Assembly: GCA_050246815.1 (NCBI GenBank)
Contig: JBFWVI010000031.1
Location: 1-38,088 of the forward strand
Direction of reading: 5' to 3'
Source: Bdellovibrionales bacterium
GTDB taxonomy: Bacteria > Bdellovibrionota > Bdellovibrionia > Bdellovibrionales > UBA1609
Length of the DNA: 38,088 nt
Position numbers and translations under genes: made by a program. Below, piece after piece: positions 9,871-19,500 of this stretch. The notes beneath the pieces were generated by a model that searched no databases, was not told where the DNA came from, and saw only the letters and a list, made by a program, of their open reading frames with translations. Numbering within the stretch: the first letter of the stretch is position 1; each line of letters opens with the position of its first letter.

Positions 9871-12729
9871 CTACATACCCTTCAAGGCGGGGACGATTTC
9901 AAGCTCCACCACTCGTCCTTGGCGCATCACTCGAAGCGGAGTCTTTTGATTGGCCTTCATGGATTGCAAACAATAGACATAATCTTGAATGTTGTCGATT
10001 TTGATTCCCCCAAGCTCGACGATGATGTCACCCTCTTGCAGGCCCGCCATCTCGGCCGGTGAGGCCTTGGTGGTGCCGCTGATCTTGACTCCCTTGATGC
10101 CATCTTGGGTGTAATCGGGAATGGTGCCCAGATAAAGCCGAAAGCCGCGGCCTTGCGAGGATTGACCTTGGCCTTCGACCTTTTTGTAGGTCAGAGGCTC
10201 ATTCGTGTTGCTTAAGCGTTCAGCCACATTGGCCACCACTTGAGCCACGCTCACCAGACCCGGATAATTAATCAGATCGGCGGTATCGCGTGGTGAATGG
10301 TACTCATGATGTGCCCCCGTAAAGAATGACAAGGACGGCACCTTTTTTAAATAAAAGGCCATCGCATCGGTCGGCAAATAGGGGTCAGACTGCGTGGTCA
10401 TGGCCACCCCGGTCGAAGCTCCTGCGGGCTCCAAAAGTCGGCCCCACTGCTCAGCAGAGCCTGTCCCCTGCACCACCAATTGATCACGCAGACGTCCAAC
10501 CATGTCCAAATTCAAGTAGGCTTTCAAAGTTCCTGGATAATTTTTCACAAAATGCGTGGAACCCAAAATCCCCACCTCTTCAGCCGACCAGACGGCGAAA
10601 GCCAGATTGGTCTTTGGCCTGAGCTTGCCGCTTTGAACCTGTTGCGTGAAGTGGTGAGCTAATTCCATCACCGCTGCCACGCCAGACGCATTGTCGTCGG
10701 CACCATGATGAATCTGGCCTCGTTCATTGTCTTTGGCCAGAGAATTTCCACTTTCGCCCGTACCCAAGTGGTCACCGTGCGCCCCGATCAAAACCGTGCT
10801 TTTCGCACCTGGAACATCCAAATGCGCTAAAACATTCAAGGCCTCGGATTCCACCGCTTCAATTGCCACTTCCGCCGCCAACTTGATCTCTTTCAAAGGC
10901 ATGCCGCGAACTTGGCCCGCATCCAACTCTTTTTGCCAAGCCGCAAGTCCTTGACCGGTGGCCTGAAGCAGGTCTTCCGCAAGCGTGGCGCCAATTGCCA
11001 AGACCGGAATGCTGGTCACGCCGCTGCCAGCGCCTTCAAATCGCAGTTGCACTGTTTTATCCACAGGACTGACCACCAAAAGGCCCAACGCGCCGGCTTG
11101 ACGAGCAACCAAAGCTTTATGCTGCAGGCGTGTATAAAGATTCAAGTGAAAGCGCTGCTCGTTGGGAATATCATTGGGCATGTCCCTGAGCACCATCACC
11201 CAACGACCTTTGACGTCCAGACCTTGATAAGCGTCATAGGCCGGCACTTTGTCGCTGGCCGGAGCCACAATGCCGTAGCCGGCAAAAACAACTTCGGCCC
11301 AAGCAAATTTGCCGTTGGCACTAAAAGACATCGGTACCCAGTCGCGATTAATCTGTGCCGACATGGTTTTCGAAGCTTCGATGCTCAAATTGCTCTTAAC
11401 TTGCGGATTTAATCGAACCCCCGACTGATAGCGGAAGGCTTGTAGGTACCCTTCCTTCAGCATGGGCTTCAGTCCTATGCGCTCGAACTGTCGCGCGATG
11501 GTTTTCGAATATTGTTTCTCCTCATCCGACCCCGAACGACGCCCCTTCATTTCTGGTGAAGCTAAGTACTCAACCCACTGTTTGGCGTCGGCGGGACGAA
11601 AGGCAGGATCTCCCAAACCAGGAGCCGCCGTTCTTGGTGGCAACCCCAGACTTCGCCTTGCGTTGGCATCATCCCAATCGCCCATAAAGATCTGTGACTC
11701 GCCTTTTTCATTTCGCTGAGTCCAGGCCAGTTTGCTGCCGTCGGGCGTGAAGACCGGCAAGCCATCAAAGCCAGGGCGATAAGTGGCCCGCACGGGTTCA
11801 CGCAATCCTTCACGGTCCACAATGTAGAGCTCAAAATTGTCGTAACCCAGCTTGTTGGTGGTGAAGATGATGTAATCTCCGCTTGGATGATAAAACGGCG
11901 CCCAAGACATTGCCTGCATGCGAGTGATTTGCTTTTGCTCGGTGCCGTCGAGTTTCATGGTCCAAACTTCAGCCATGCGACCATCCGCCGTGAAACGTCG
12001 CCAAACCAAAGATTGGCCATCCGGTGAAAAAAACGGGCCGCCATCGTAGCCTGGAACTTGCGTCAGACGCTTAAGGCCGGTTCCGTCTGCTTTCATCAAA
12101 TAAATTTCCAAAAAATACGAGGGGTCTTCATCGCGACGCTTACTTTCTTCGGCCGTTAACTGGTCGCTATAGGCGTGACGATTCGATGCGAATGCGATCC
12201 ATTGACCATCCGGGGAATAAGACCCCTCGGCATCATAACCACGCGCAGGGCTAAGGACTTTCAGCGCCTTGGTCTTGAGGTTTTTTTCATAAAGGTCATA
12301 TTGATCATCGTAGCTCCAGGAGTACTTTTCGCGCTCACCTTTTTGGCGGATCTCGTACTGCTGTTTGGCTTTGTCACGCCAACGCGGGTCCTTGTGTGTG
12401 CTGGCATAAAGCGCTTTGCCTTGAGTCGGGTGAAGCCAGGCGCAAGTGGTCTTGCCCTGACCATTTGAAACCCGTTCAGTTTCACCACTTTGCATGTCAC
12501 GCACATAAATTTGGTAAAAGGGATTGCCGGGTTCACGCTCGGCTTGAAAAATCATCTGGCGCCCATCCGCAGAAAAGTAACCTTCGCCGGAGCGAAGCCC
12601 CTCAAAGGTCACTTGCTTAATTGCGCTTAAAAATTGTGGCCCCTGGGCCGCAGGCGCATCGGCCTTCTTTTTGGTGTGTCCACACCCCAAAACAACAAGC
12701 AAACAGACAAGCCAAAGCCCTCGTCGCAT
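9871..12729 (-). CDS. Lipoprotein M28 metallopeptidase with TolB/PD40 beta-propeller, PA domain and C-terminal PDZ
   Basis: Lipobox VLGC after ATG 12729 (RBS AGGGGGA); repeated FSPDG motifs; VVFAGYGI (PA); GAHGDHLG, GADDNASG, AEEVG, NLDMVG, YHSPRD (M28); LGTIPD...SPAEMAGL (PDZ). Confidence 0.92.
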   Translation of the reverse strand: MRRGLWLVCLLVVLGCGHTKKKADAPAAQGPQFLSAIKQVTFEGLRSGEGYFSADGRQMIFQAEREPGNPFYQIYVRDMQSGETERVSNGQGKTTCAWLHPTQGKALYASTHKDPRWRDKAKQQYEIRQKGEREKYSWSYDDQYDLYEKNLKTKALKVLSPARGYDAEGSYSPDGQWIAFASNRHAYSDQLTAEESKRRDEDPSYFLEIYLMKADGTGLKRLTQVPGYDGGPFFSPDGQSLVWRRFTADGRMAEVWTMKLDGTEQKQITRMQAMSWAPFYHPSGDYIIFTTNKLGYDNFELYIVDREGLREPVRATYRPGFDGLPVFTPDGSKLAWTQRNEKGESQIFMGDWDDANARRSLGLPPRTAAPGLGDPAFRPADAKQWVEYLASPEMKGRRSGSDEEKQYSKTIARQFERIGLKPMLKEGYLQAFRYQSGVRLNPQVKSNLSIEASKTMSAQINRDWVPMSFSANGKFAWAEVVFAGYGIVAPASDKVPAYDAYQGLDVKGRWVMVLRDMPNDIPNEQRFHLNLYTRLQHKALVARQAGALGLLVVSPVDKTVQLRFEGAGSGVTSIPVLAIGATLAEDLLQATGQGLAAWQKELDAGQVRGMPLKEIKLAAEVAIEAVESEALNVLAHLDVPGAKSTVLIGAHGDHLGTGESGNSLAKDNERGQIHHGADDNASGVAAVMELAHHFTQQVQSGKLRPKTNLAFAVWSAEEVGILGSTHFVKNYPGTLKAYLNLDMVGRLRDQLVVQGTGSAEQWGRLLEPAGASTGVAMTTQSDPYLPTDAMAFYLKKVPSLSFFTGAHHEYHSPRDTADLINYPGLVSVAQVVANVAERLSNTNEPLTYKKVEGQGQSSQGRGFRLYLGTIPDYTQDGIKGVKISGTTKASPAEMAGLQEGDIIVELGGIKIDNIQDYVYCLQSMKANQKTPLRVMRQGRVVELEIVPALKGM

Positions 12730-12789
12730 GATCTCCCCCTGAATAAAGAACATTCAGGGGTAGACGATGGTTTCAGGCTTGGCAACGCT

Positions 12790-15700
12790 TTACACGCGAG
12801 CACCCAGATCATGGCTTTTTTGCGACGTATTCGCCTTACCATTTTCGCGATGCGCAGGACCTTCGACGCCTTGAACCATAAACATTTTGGCCAGTTTGTT
12901 GCCGCTCCACACACGGAAGCGCTCTAAAAAGGCATAGGCCGCCGGGATCACGATCAAGGTCAGCAGGGTCGAGCTGATCAAACCTCCGATAATAGCAACG
13001 CCCATGCTGGTGCGCTGCTTCGATGCCTCGTTCAGCCCCAATGCGATTGGGATTGTACCTGCAATCAAGGCCATCGTTGTCATCATAATTGGCCGCAAAC
13101 GGGTGCGGCCGGCCTCAAGCATGGCGGTGGCCAAATCCTTGCCCTCTTTGACCTTTTGGTTGGCATAGTCGACCAATAAAATGGAGTTCTTGGTCGCCAC
13201 CCCCAACAGCATAATAATGCCGATCATCGAAAACAAGTTGAGCGATTCATTGCCGATGAACAAAGCCACAAAACTGCCGGCGATGGCCAGAGGCAAGGCC
13301 AACATGATGGTGAATGGCGTGACAAAGGACTCATACAGGCTTGCCAGGACCAAGTAGATAAATAAAATCCCCGCGCCCATAGCAAAGAGCATGGATTCGC
13401 CTAGTTCCTTGAAATTTTCGGCCTGCCCCACGAATGCGAAACGCGATTCGGGTAGCTTCATCTCTGTGGTCAGGTAGATGCTGAGCGCACCCATCAAATC
13501 ACCCAAACCCGCGCCCGGCGCAATATCCGCGCTTAACTGCACCATGCGGCTTCGATCCTGACGATTGATCTTTGAAGGGCCTACCGTATCCACAGGTTGA
13601 GCCACGTCACTTAAACGCACCAAAGAATTGTTCAAGTTGGGCACAAAAATGCGGGGGTACTCCTGTTTAAGATTGCGCTGGTCATCCTTCATCCGCACAC
13701 GGATGTCATACTCAATGCCATTTTCGCGATATTTGGCGGCCTCAATGCCCTCCACTTGCACGCGAAGCTCTCGGCCGATCGAAGCGGTTGAGACTCCCAA
13801 AATTTGCGCGCGCTCTTGATCGGGCACAATACGAAACTCAGGCTTGCCCGGCCGAAAATTAATATCCGGATCGGCAAAGCCGGGCATCGTGCGCATTTTT
13901 TGTAAAACCTGAAGCGACAACTTTTCAAGTTCCGCCACATCATTGCCGTAAATGTTCAACGTGAAGGGGCGTAAACCACCCCCCACCGCATCGAAATCCT
14001 TCACGGCTGGGTTGGCGTGAGCATAGGCTTTTAGTTGCTCGCGAATTTTTGCTTTAACCATACTTGTGCTGATGCCCGGGCGTTGTTTGAAGGGGATCAA
14101 ATGCACATAGATGTTGGCCACGTTCGCTTCACCGTCACGATTGCCCACAGTCAAGGCGCGGTCCTGAACTTCAGGGTTTTCGGCGATCTTTTTTGAAACC
14201 TCTAAGGCCAACTTGGACATCGCTTCAATATTGGTGCCTGGGGGCAAATCCAAACCAACGTTGAATTCACCTGCATCTTGTGTCGGCAAAAAAGTTTTCG
14301 GCACAAAGCGAACCAACGACACACACAAAAAGAAGACCACCACGCTGGCCAACAAAGTTTTAAGCGGATTGCGCAGCACAATGCGGATCAAAGCTTCATA
14401 ACGATCATCCAACCAATCTTGAAAACGGCCGAACCCCTTTAAGACCGCGCCTAAGGTGGCGTTGTAAATCGGGTTGCCTGGACCAGTTTTATGAGTGCTA
14501 CCGGCAAAATAGGCCGAAAGCATGGGTGCCATGGTCAAGGCATCAAACAAACTGATCGCCATGGCAAAGCACACCGTCAACCCGAATTGCTTGAAGAACT
14601 GACCGGTCACACCCTTTAAGAAACCCAACGGCCCAAAAACCGCAATCACGGTCAAAGTGGTGGCGATGACTGCAAGAGTCACTTCAACCGTGCCAAACAG
14701 CGCCGCATCTTTTGGACTTTTACCCATTTCGATATGGCGAAAGATGTTTTCACGCACCACGATGGCATCGTCGATCAGCAAGCCCACCGAAAGACTGAGC
14801 GCCAACAAAGTCATAATATTAATCGTAAAGCCCGCGATCGCCATCAAGATGAAGGCGCCAATCAACGAGTTCGGCAAAGCCAAACCCGTGATGATCGTGG
14901 AGCGGCCGTTGCCTAGGAACAAATAAACCACCACAACGGCCAAAAGTGCGCCGAAAAGGATGGATTCATTCACATCTGTGACGTTGTTGCGAATCCATTT
15001 AGAACCGTCACGAACGGTGGTCAAATGCGCCGGCTTTTCTCGTTTTTCCAAATCCGTATTGATCTGCTCCACCCGCTTGTTCAGGGCATCCACCACGGAG
15101 ATGGTGTTCGACCCCGATTGTTTGAAGACATAAATAAACAAAGATTTTTCTTCGTTTAAGTAGGTCCGCGATTTTTCGTCGACCAGGGTATCATTGACAT
15201 TGGCAACATCAGATATCCGTACGGGCCGTTCATTGCCGAAGAAATTGACCACCAATTTTTTGATTTCATCCAAGGTCTGAAACTGGCCCACCGTGCGAAA
15301 AATAGTTTCTTTCTCGCCCTCGGACTTTTTGCCGCTGGGAATATCTTCGCCCGCGCCCTTTAATTTGTCCGACACCATCCCGGCTGAAATCTCGTATTGC
15401 TTAAGTTTGTAGCGGTCCAAGGCCACGTGAATTTCACGTTTGCGCCCGCCCAAGACTTCGACTAAGCCGACCTGGTTGACCTGCTCAAGCTTTGGTTTGA
15501 CCACCTCTTCGGCCAAATCAAAAAGTTCGGCCGGCGGCAGATCGGCTTTGATGGCCATAATCACGATCGGCTGATCGGCCGGATCGATGCGACGAATGAT
15601 AGGTTCTTCGATGTCGGTCGGCAATCTTCGCTTGGCGGCACCCACCCGGTCGCGTATCTGTTGCTCGGCGTACTTCACATCGGTTTCTAAGGTGAACTCG

Positions 15701-15978
15701 GCCACCACCGTGCTGACACCCTCTTGGTTGATCGAGCTGAGGCGTTTTATGCCCGACAAGGTGCTGATTTCATCTTCCAGGGGTTTTGAAACCAACGTTT
15801 CGATTTCAGCAGGACCCGCGCCCGGGTAAACCGTGCTCACCGTCACAACTGGAAACGTCACCTCGGGAAACAAATCCACACCCAGTCGTTTAATCACCGC
15901 AAAACCTGCGATCAGTGACAATAGCACCACGCAGGTGATGAACACGGGGCGCTTGATGGAGATTTCTGCCAAGCTCAT
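12790..15978 (-). CDS. RND (AcrB/HAE1-type) efflux permease
   Basis: SIKRPV start, GLLIDDAIVVRENI, KNSILLVD and RLRPIMMTT proton-relay motifs; 1062 aa. Confidence 0.95.
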   Translation of the reverse strand: MSLAEISIKRPVFITCVVLLSLIAGFAVIKRLGVDLFPEVTFPVVTVSTVYPGAGPAEIETLVSKPLEDEISTLSGIKRLSSINQEGVSTVVAEFTLETDVKYAEQQIRDRVGAAKRRLPTDIEEPIIRRIDPADQPIVIMAIKADLPPAELFDLAEEVVKPKLEQVNQVGLVEVLGGRKREIHVALDRYKLKQYEISAGMVSDKLKGAGEDIPSGKKSEGEKETIFRTVGQFQTLDEIKKLVVNFFGNERPVRISDVANVNDTLVDEKSRTYLNEEKSLFIYVFKQSGSNTISVVDALNKRVEQINTDLEKREKPAHLTTVRDGSKWIRNNVTDVNESILFGALLAVVVVYLFLGNGRSTIITGLALPNSLIGAFILMAIAGFTINIMTLLALSLSVGLLIDDAIVVRENIFRHIEMGKSPKDAALFGTVEVTLAVIATTLTVIAVFGPLGFLKGVTGQFFKQFGLTVCFAMAISLFDALTMAPMLSAYFAGSTHKTGPGNPIYNATLGAVLKGFGRFQDWLDDRYEALIRIVLRNPLKTLLASVVVFFLCVSLVRFVPKTFLPTQDAGEFNVGLDLPPGTNIEAMSKLALEVSKKIAENPEVQDRALTVGNRDGEANVANIYVHLIPFKQRPGISTSMVKAKIREQLKAYAHANPAVKDFDAVGGGLRPFTLNIYGNDVAELEKLSLQVLQKMRTMPGFADPDINFRPGKPEFRIVPDQERAQILGVSTASIGRELRVQVEGIEAAKYRENGIEYDIRVRMKDDQRNLKQEYPRIFVPNLNNSLVRLSDVAQPVDTVGPSKINRQDRSRMVQLSADIAPGAGLGDLMGALSIYLTTEMKLPESRFAFVGQAENFKELGESMLFAMGAGILFIYLVLASLYESFVTPFTIMLALPLAIAGSFVALFIGNESLNLFSMIGIIMLLGVATKNSILLVDYANQKVKEGKDLATAMLEAGRTRLRPIMMTTMALIAGTIPIALGLNEASKQRTSMGVAIIGGLISSTLLTLIVIPAAYAFLERFRVWSGNKLAKMFMVQGVEGPAHRENGKANTSQKSHDLGARV

Positions 15979-17408
15979 AAATTCACTCCGTATAGTTTCA
16001 TTTGCGCCGCGATTTGCAGCAATTCAGCCAAGGTTCTAAGTCGTACACCCTGGGCGTTCAAATAATCCGTTTCGAAATTCAACACTTGAAACAAGGTTGT
16101 TCGCCCGCGCTCTTGACGTTGGCGTTCGTAATCCAGTTTTTCACGTTGGGTTTTTTCAAGTTCTTCAGCTGCGCCCAATCGTTCTTTGGCTTCGTTGAAC
16201 CGCAGCACCAAATCGCGCCAGTCTTGCTCTTGTAAAAAGCGTTGCCGCTCATAGCGCTGCTCGGCAGACTTGATTTGCCGGGCATAACCTTCTTGGGTAT
16301 CGCTCAAACGACCCAAAGCCAATGGGCTCGAGAATCGCAATCCCACCACTTTGGTGGGTTTTTGCCCATCCCAGCTCTCTGTCCAAGCCTCGTCTTTGTT
16401 GGCTTCGCGACTGTTAAACGAATACGCGCCAAAAACTTCCAGCACGGGTTGATTCTTTTCGCGGTTAATCACGGCTTGGGCCTTGACTGCCTCGCTTTGC
16501 TGCTGGGCCGCCAAAACGTCTTGGCGATCACTCGCCCGCTCTGGAATTTTGAGACGATCGATCATCTCTTTTGAAATCGGCTCAAGCGCTTCGGGCACCT
16601 GATCGGACTCGGTGCCGCGCGCATTGTTAAAGGCGACCGAAGCCGCGCGCAACTCATCTGTGGCGGTTTTAAATTCCAGTTTGCGGGCTTGCCATCCTGA
16701 GCTGGTTTGCAAAAGGTCCGAGCGGTCCGCCAGCGAAAGTTGCACACGGCGTTTCGCCCAACCATAGATCCGTTCGGCCCGAGCCAAATTTTCTTTTGAA
16801 AGCTCGTGACTCTGGCGAGCCAAAGCCAGCCGCCAATAAGCAGCCTCGGCTTGAAACAGCTGGGATTGCTTGTTGAAAGCCTCGCTGTGCTGTGTGGCTT
16901 TCGCCGCGGAAGTGATGGCCTTCACTTGCGCACGGACTTCGCGGCCAAAATCATTGCGCCACAGGGACTGCGTCAACTCGATGGTCGGGCGCCCTTCGGA
17001 ATAGGGGGCGATCAAACCGCGATATTCGGTCTGCACCATCGAATAATAAAGTTTGCCCTGAAGGCCGATTGGGGTCTGTTGCCCCAAACCCAGTGTGTAA
17101 TTTTGGGTGATGATCTTGTCGTAATTAAAGGTCGGTATGAAGCTGGGTTTTGCATCATCCGAGTATTGAAGCGTCGAAAATAAATTTGTGGCGTAAACCA
17201 GGCCGCCTTCGCTGGAATAAAGCTTGGCCGCCTCTTCTGCATCCTTGGCCGCTTTGTAGCCTTGGTTATGCTCTTGCACGGTGCTTAAGAATTTTTCCAG
17301 CGTGAAAACGCCCGCCGCAGGCTTTGACACTTGCGCCGACTTGTCCTGTGCCGCAACCGCAACGCCGATCACACTGGCAAGTGTGACCGCAAAAAATTGA
17401 AATTTCAT
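15975..17408 (-). CDS. TolC-family outer membrane efflux protein
   Basis: Signal peptide from ATG 17408 (RBS AGGAG, ATGA overlap with tetR stop); AEAAYWRLALA, RQDVLAA and GRTTLFQVL OEP repeats; ATGA overlap with the RND gene. Confidence 0.88.
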   Translation of the reverse strand: MKFQFFAVTLASVIGVAVAAQDKSAQVSKPAAGVFTLEKFLSTVQEHNQGYKAAKDAEEAAKLYSSEGGLVYATNLFSTLQYSDDAKPSFIPTFNYDKIITQNYTLGLGQQTPIGLQGKLYYSMVQTEYRGLIAPYSEGRPTIELTQSLWRNDFGREVRAQVKAITSAAKATQHSEAFNKQSQLFQAEAAYWRLALARQSHELSKENLARAERIYGWAKRRVQLSLADRSDLLQTSSGWQARKLEFKTATDELRAASVAFNNARGTESDQVPEALEPISKEMIDRLKIPERASDRQDVLAAQQQSEAVKAQAVINREKNQPVLEVFGAYSFNSREANKDEAWTESWDGQKPTKVVGLRFSSPLALGRLSDTQEGYARQIKSAEQRYERQRFLQEQDWRDLVLRFNEAKERLGAAEELEKTQREKLDYERQRQERGRTTLFQVLNFETDYLNAQGVRLRTLAELLQIAAQMKLYGVNL

Positions 17409-18040
17409 GTGGTGCTCCTGGGAAAGCTGCCTTCGCATAAGTTGCGAATAAATTGATCGATAAACAAATTGGCGAACTTGGGATCCGTGAAGCTGGTGCC
17501 GATGAACTCTTTGCGCAAAAAATCCATGCGCAGCGAGTGAATAAGGCCACCAAACAAGACCGAAACAAAGCAACCGGCATCGACATCCGCGCGCATGATC
17601 CCTTTGCTTTTGGCGTCCTCAATAAAGCCCGTCACTTTGACATACATGTCTTGAAAAATTCCACGAAAAGATTCAAGGGCGATCGGGTGCTGCCCATCAA
17701 AATCGCGATGGATGATCTTCATCACACAGGTATTTTGGTAATGACAGTGGATGAACTCCTCTAAAAATAGCTTCAAACGAATCTTAAGTTCTTCGGGCGA
17801 GTCGACCGGCTTTAGTACCCGATCCGCCGCATCTAAGCGGGTCTGCCCGGATGACGCCAAAGCCGCCTTATAAAGACCATCTTTGCTGCCAAAGTAGTAA
17901 CTGATCAGTGCCACATTCACGCCGGCTGCATCGGCGATGTCTTTGACCGTCGAGCCCTCAAGCCCCTTTTCGGCAAAAACCTCAAGCGAAGCATCGAGCA
18001 GCGCTTGTTTTGAATCTGTTGCAGACTTAGGCGTGACCAT
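17405..18040 (-). CDS. TetR/AcrR family transcriptional regulator
   Basis: LLDASLEVFAEKGLEGSTVKDIADAAGVNVALISYYFGSKDGLY HTH. Confidence 0.95.
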   Translation of the reverse strand: MVTPKSATDSKQALLDASLEVFAEKGLEGSTVKDIADAAGVNVALISYYFGSKDGLYKAALASSGQTRLDAADRVLKPVDSPEELKIRLKLFLEEFIHCHYQNTCVMKIIHRDFDGQHPIALESFRGIFQDMYVKVTGFIEDAKSKGIMRADVDAGCFVSVLFGGLIHSLRMDFLRKEFIGTSFTDPKFANLFIDQFIRNLCEGSFPRSTT

Positions 18041-18082
18041 AGCTTTTCCAAACCCTCAGTTAAGGATACTATATGACATAAT

Positions 18083-18114
18083 ATAAAAAGTTAAATGTTT
18101 ATTTAATTTTTTAT
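18083..18114. promoter_or_regulatory. Candidate TetR operator
   Basis: ATAAAAAGTTAAAT-GTTT-ATTTAATTTTTTAT, 14-bp arms with one mismatch, about 45 bp upstream of tetR. Confidence 0.55.
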
Positions 18115-18125
18115 TAACCGTTTAA

Positions 18126-18138
18126 TATCAACGACTTA
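18126..18138 (+). promoter_or_regulatory. IHF consensus site
   Basis: TATCAA-CGAC-TTA matches WATCAA-N4-TTR and has an upstream A/T tract. Confidence 0.45.
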
Positions 18139-18235
18139 GCCATTGACCCCGCAATGCATCTCGCAGTTTTTATAGGTTCAAAATGATCAGGATTCAGCTT
18201 CTAAGATGCCCACAGCATGCCCGGGCCCATCTGCG

Positions 18236-18540
18236 CTAAATAAGTATTATTTTTTCGAGCAAAAAAGGCATATTACCAATCTGCTCAGTTGAAAGAAGCT
18301 TGGATTCAACTCCGTCCAGACAAACTCTGATTAAAGCTTCGTGAAGAAAAAAAGCGGCAACCTGTCGTTCACTTGTTGGTTCTTCTTGCAATAGTTCTAG
18401 AAAAAGATTTTTGTCGACTAAGACCGTGTGTCGTACCGATTTTGAATGGCCAGTCGCTTGACTTGCGCCTTGGAATTTCACTTCAGAACGACCAGGCCAG
18501 CATCATCTATGGGGGCAGTATGTTACTGCCTCGAATCAAT
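18236..18540 (-). pseudogene. Degraded remnant of a hypothetical protein gene divergent from TIGR02147
   Basis: Protein-like pieces in three frames: LIRGSNILPP / IDDAGLVVLK*NSKAQVKRLAIQNRYD / TVLVDKNLFLELLQEEPTSERQVAAFFLHEALIR. Confidence 0.45.
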
Positions 18541-18576
18541 CAAGCTATTGGTCCGCCAATTTCCATATTCTTTTTA

Positions 18577-18611
18577 TTTAAAAAGCAAATAATATTTGCT
18601 ATTATAGCAAA
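18577..18611 (+). promoter_or_regulatory. Promoter/operator of the TIGR02147 gene
   Basis: TTTAAA-N17-TATTAT with extended TG; overlapped by palindromes AGCAAATA-A-TATTTGCT and TTTGCTAT-T-ATAGCAAA. Confidence 0.55.
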
Positions 18612-18613
18612 CT

Positions 18614-19417
18614 ATGACTTCTGTTTTTTCTGCGAATGAATACCGAAAGTTTTTAAAAGAATGGTTGAAGTCCGGCCCTAGGGGCCGAGGAATTCTTTCG
18701 AAATTGGCCTTGGCCATGTCTTGCCAAAACTCTCATTTATCGCGTGTGCTGCGCGAAGAAGTGCATCTGACTTTGGATCAAGCCTATGAAGCGAGTCTAT
18801 TCATGCAGCTGAATGAGGCGGAAGGTTATTACTTCATGAAACTTGTAGAAATGGAGCGCAGTTCGAGCCCCAATTATCGAAATAAATTGAAATACGAATT
18901 AAAAAAAATAAAAGCTGATCAAGAAAATTTAGCAAAACGATTTGATTCCACGGCCATCGGAAACCTCGAACAAGAAATGACCTACTATTCGGGCTGGCAG
19001 TGGAGCGCAGTGCACATACTATTGGATATACCCGGATATCGCACACCTAAAGCGATCGCTGCCCGATTGGGCTTAAGCGAAAAATTGGTCCGGCAGATTC
19101 TGCGAACTTTAGAGGATTTTGGAATGGTTCGCCGCGAGGGGGACCAGTGGAAAATTCAAAACCTGTTTACGCATCTGGCGAAAAACTCACCCATGAATCC
19201 GATTCAACACAACAACTGGAGGTCCCGAGCCATTCTGAGCAGCCAAGTCCCGGAGAATGAAAATCTGCATTACACGATGGTGCAGACGGTCAGCAAAGAT
19301 GATTTTGAGCACATCAAGCAGCAATTGCTAAAGGCCATCGATGATTATCGAAAAATAGCCGATGTGTCTGCGAGCGAAGAGCTGATCTGCTTAACTTTAG
19401 ATTTTTTTAAGGTGTAG
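18614..19417 (+). CDS. TIGR02147/DUF4423-like HTH protein
   Basis: EYRKFLKEW, HLSRVLREEVHLT, YYSGWQWSAV, IAARLGLS...LEDFGMV, HNNWR and LDFF C-terminus; 267 aa. Confidence 0.85.
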   Translation: MTSVFSANEYRKFLKEWLKSGPRGRGILSKLALAMSCQNSHLSRVLREEVHLTLDQAYEASLFMQLNEAEGYYFMKLVEMERSSSPNYRNKLKYELKKIKADQENLAKRFDSTAIGNLEQEMTYYSGWQWSAVHILLDIPGYRTPKAIAARLGLSEKLVRQILRTLEDFGMVRREGDQWKIQNLFTHLAKNSPMNPIQHNNWRSRAILSSQVPENENLHYTMVQTVSKDDFEHIKQQLLKAIDDYRKIADVSASEELICLTLDFFKV

Positions 19418-19429
19418 CGCCGCACCCCG

Positions 19430-19469
19430 AAGAGGTCCAATCCCTAAGTCGCCTAGATTGGACCTCTTT
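19430..19469. terminator. Hairpin between convergent genes, probable bidirectional terminator
   Basis: AAGAGGTCCAATC-N13-GATTGGACCTCTT, perfect 13-bp stem. Confidence 0.65.
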
Positions 19470-19500
19470 ATCTGTACACACCTGCCACGACAAACCGTTC

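Noticed and set aside
17409..17573. N-terminal extensions in the ORF track (TolC to 17573, RlmM to 4156, kinase to 32625, flp to 26708, small protein to 26220)
   Set aside because: Downstream ATGs have better RBS, signal-peptide or domain-boundary support, and some extensions overlap neighbouring genes
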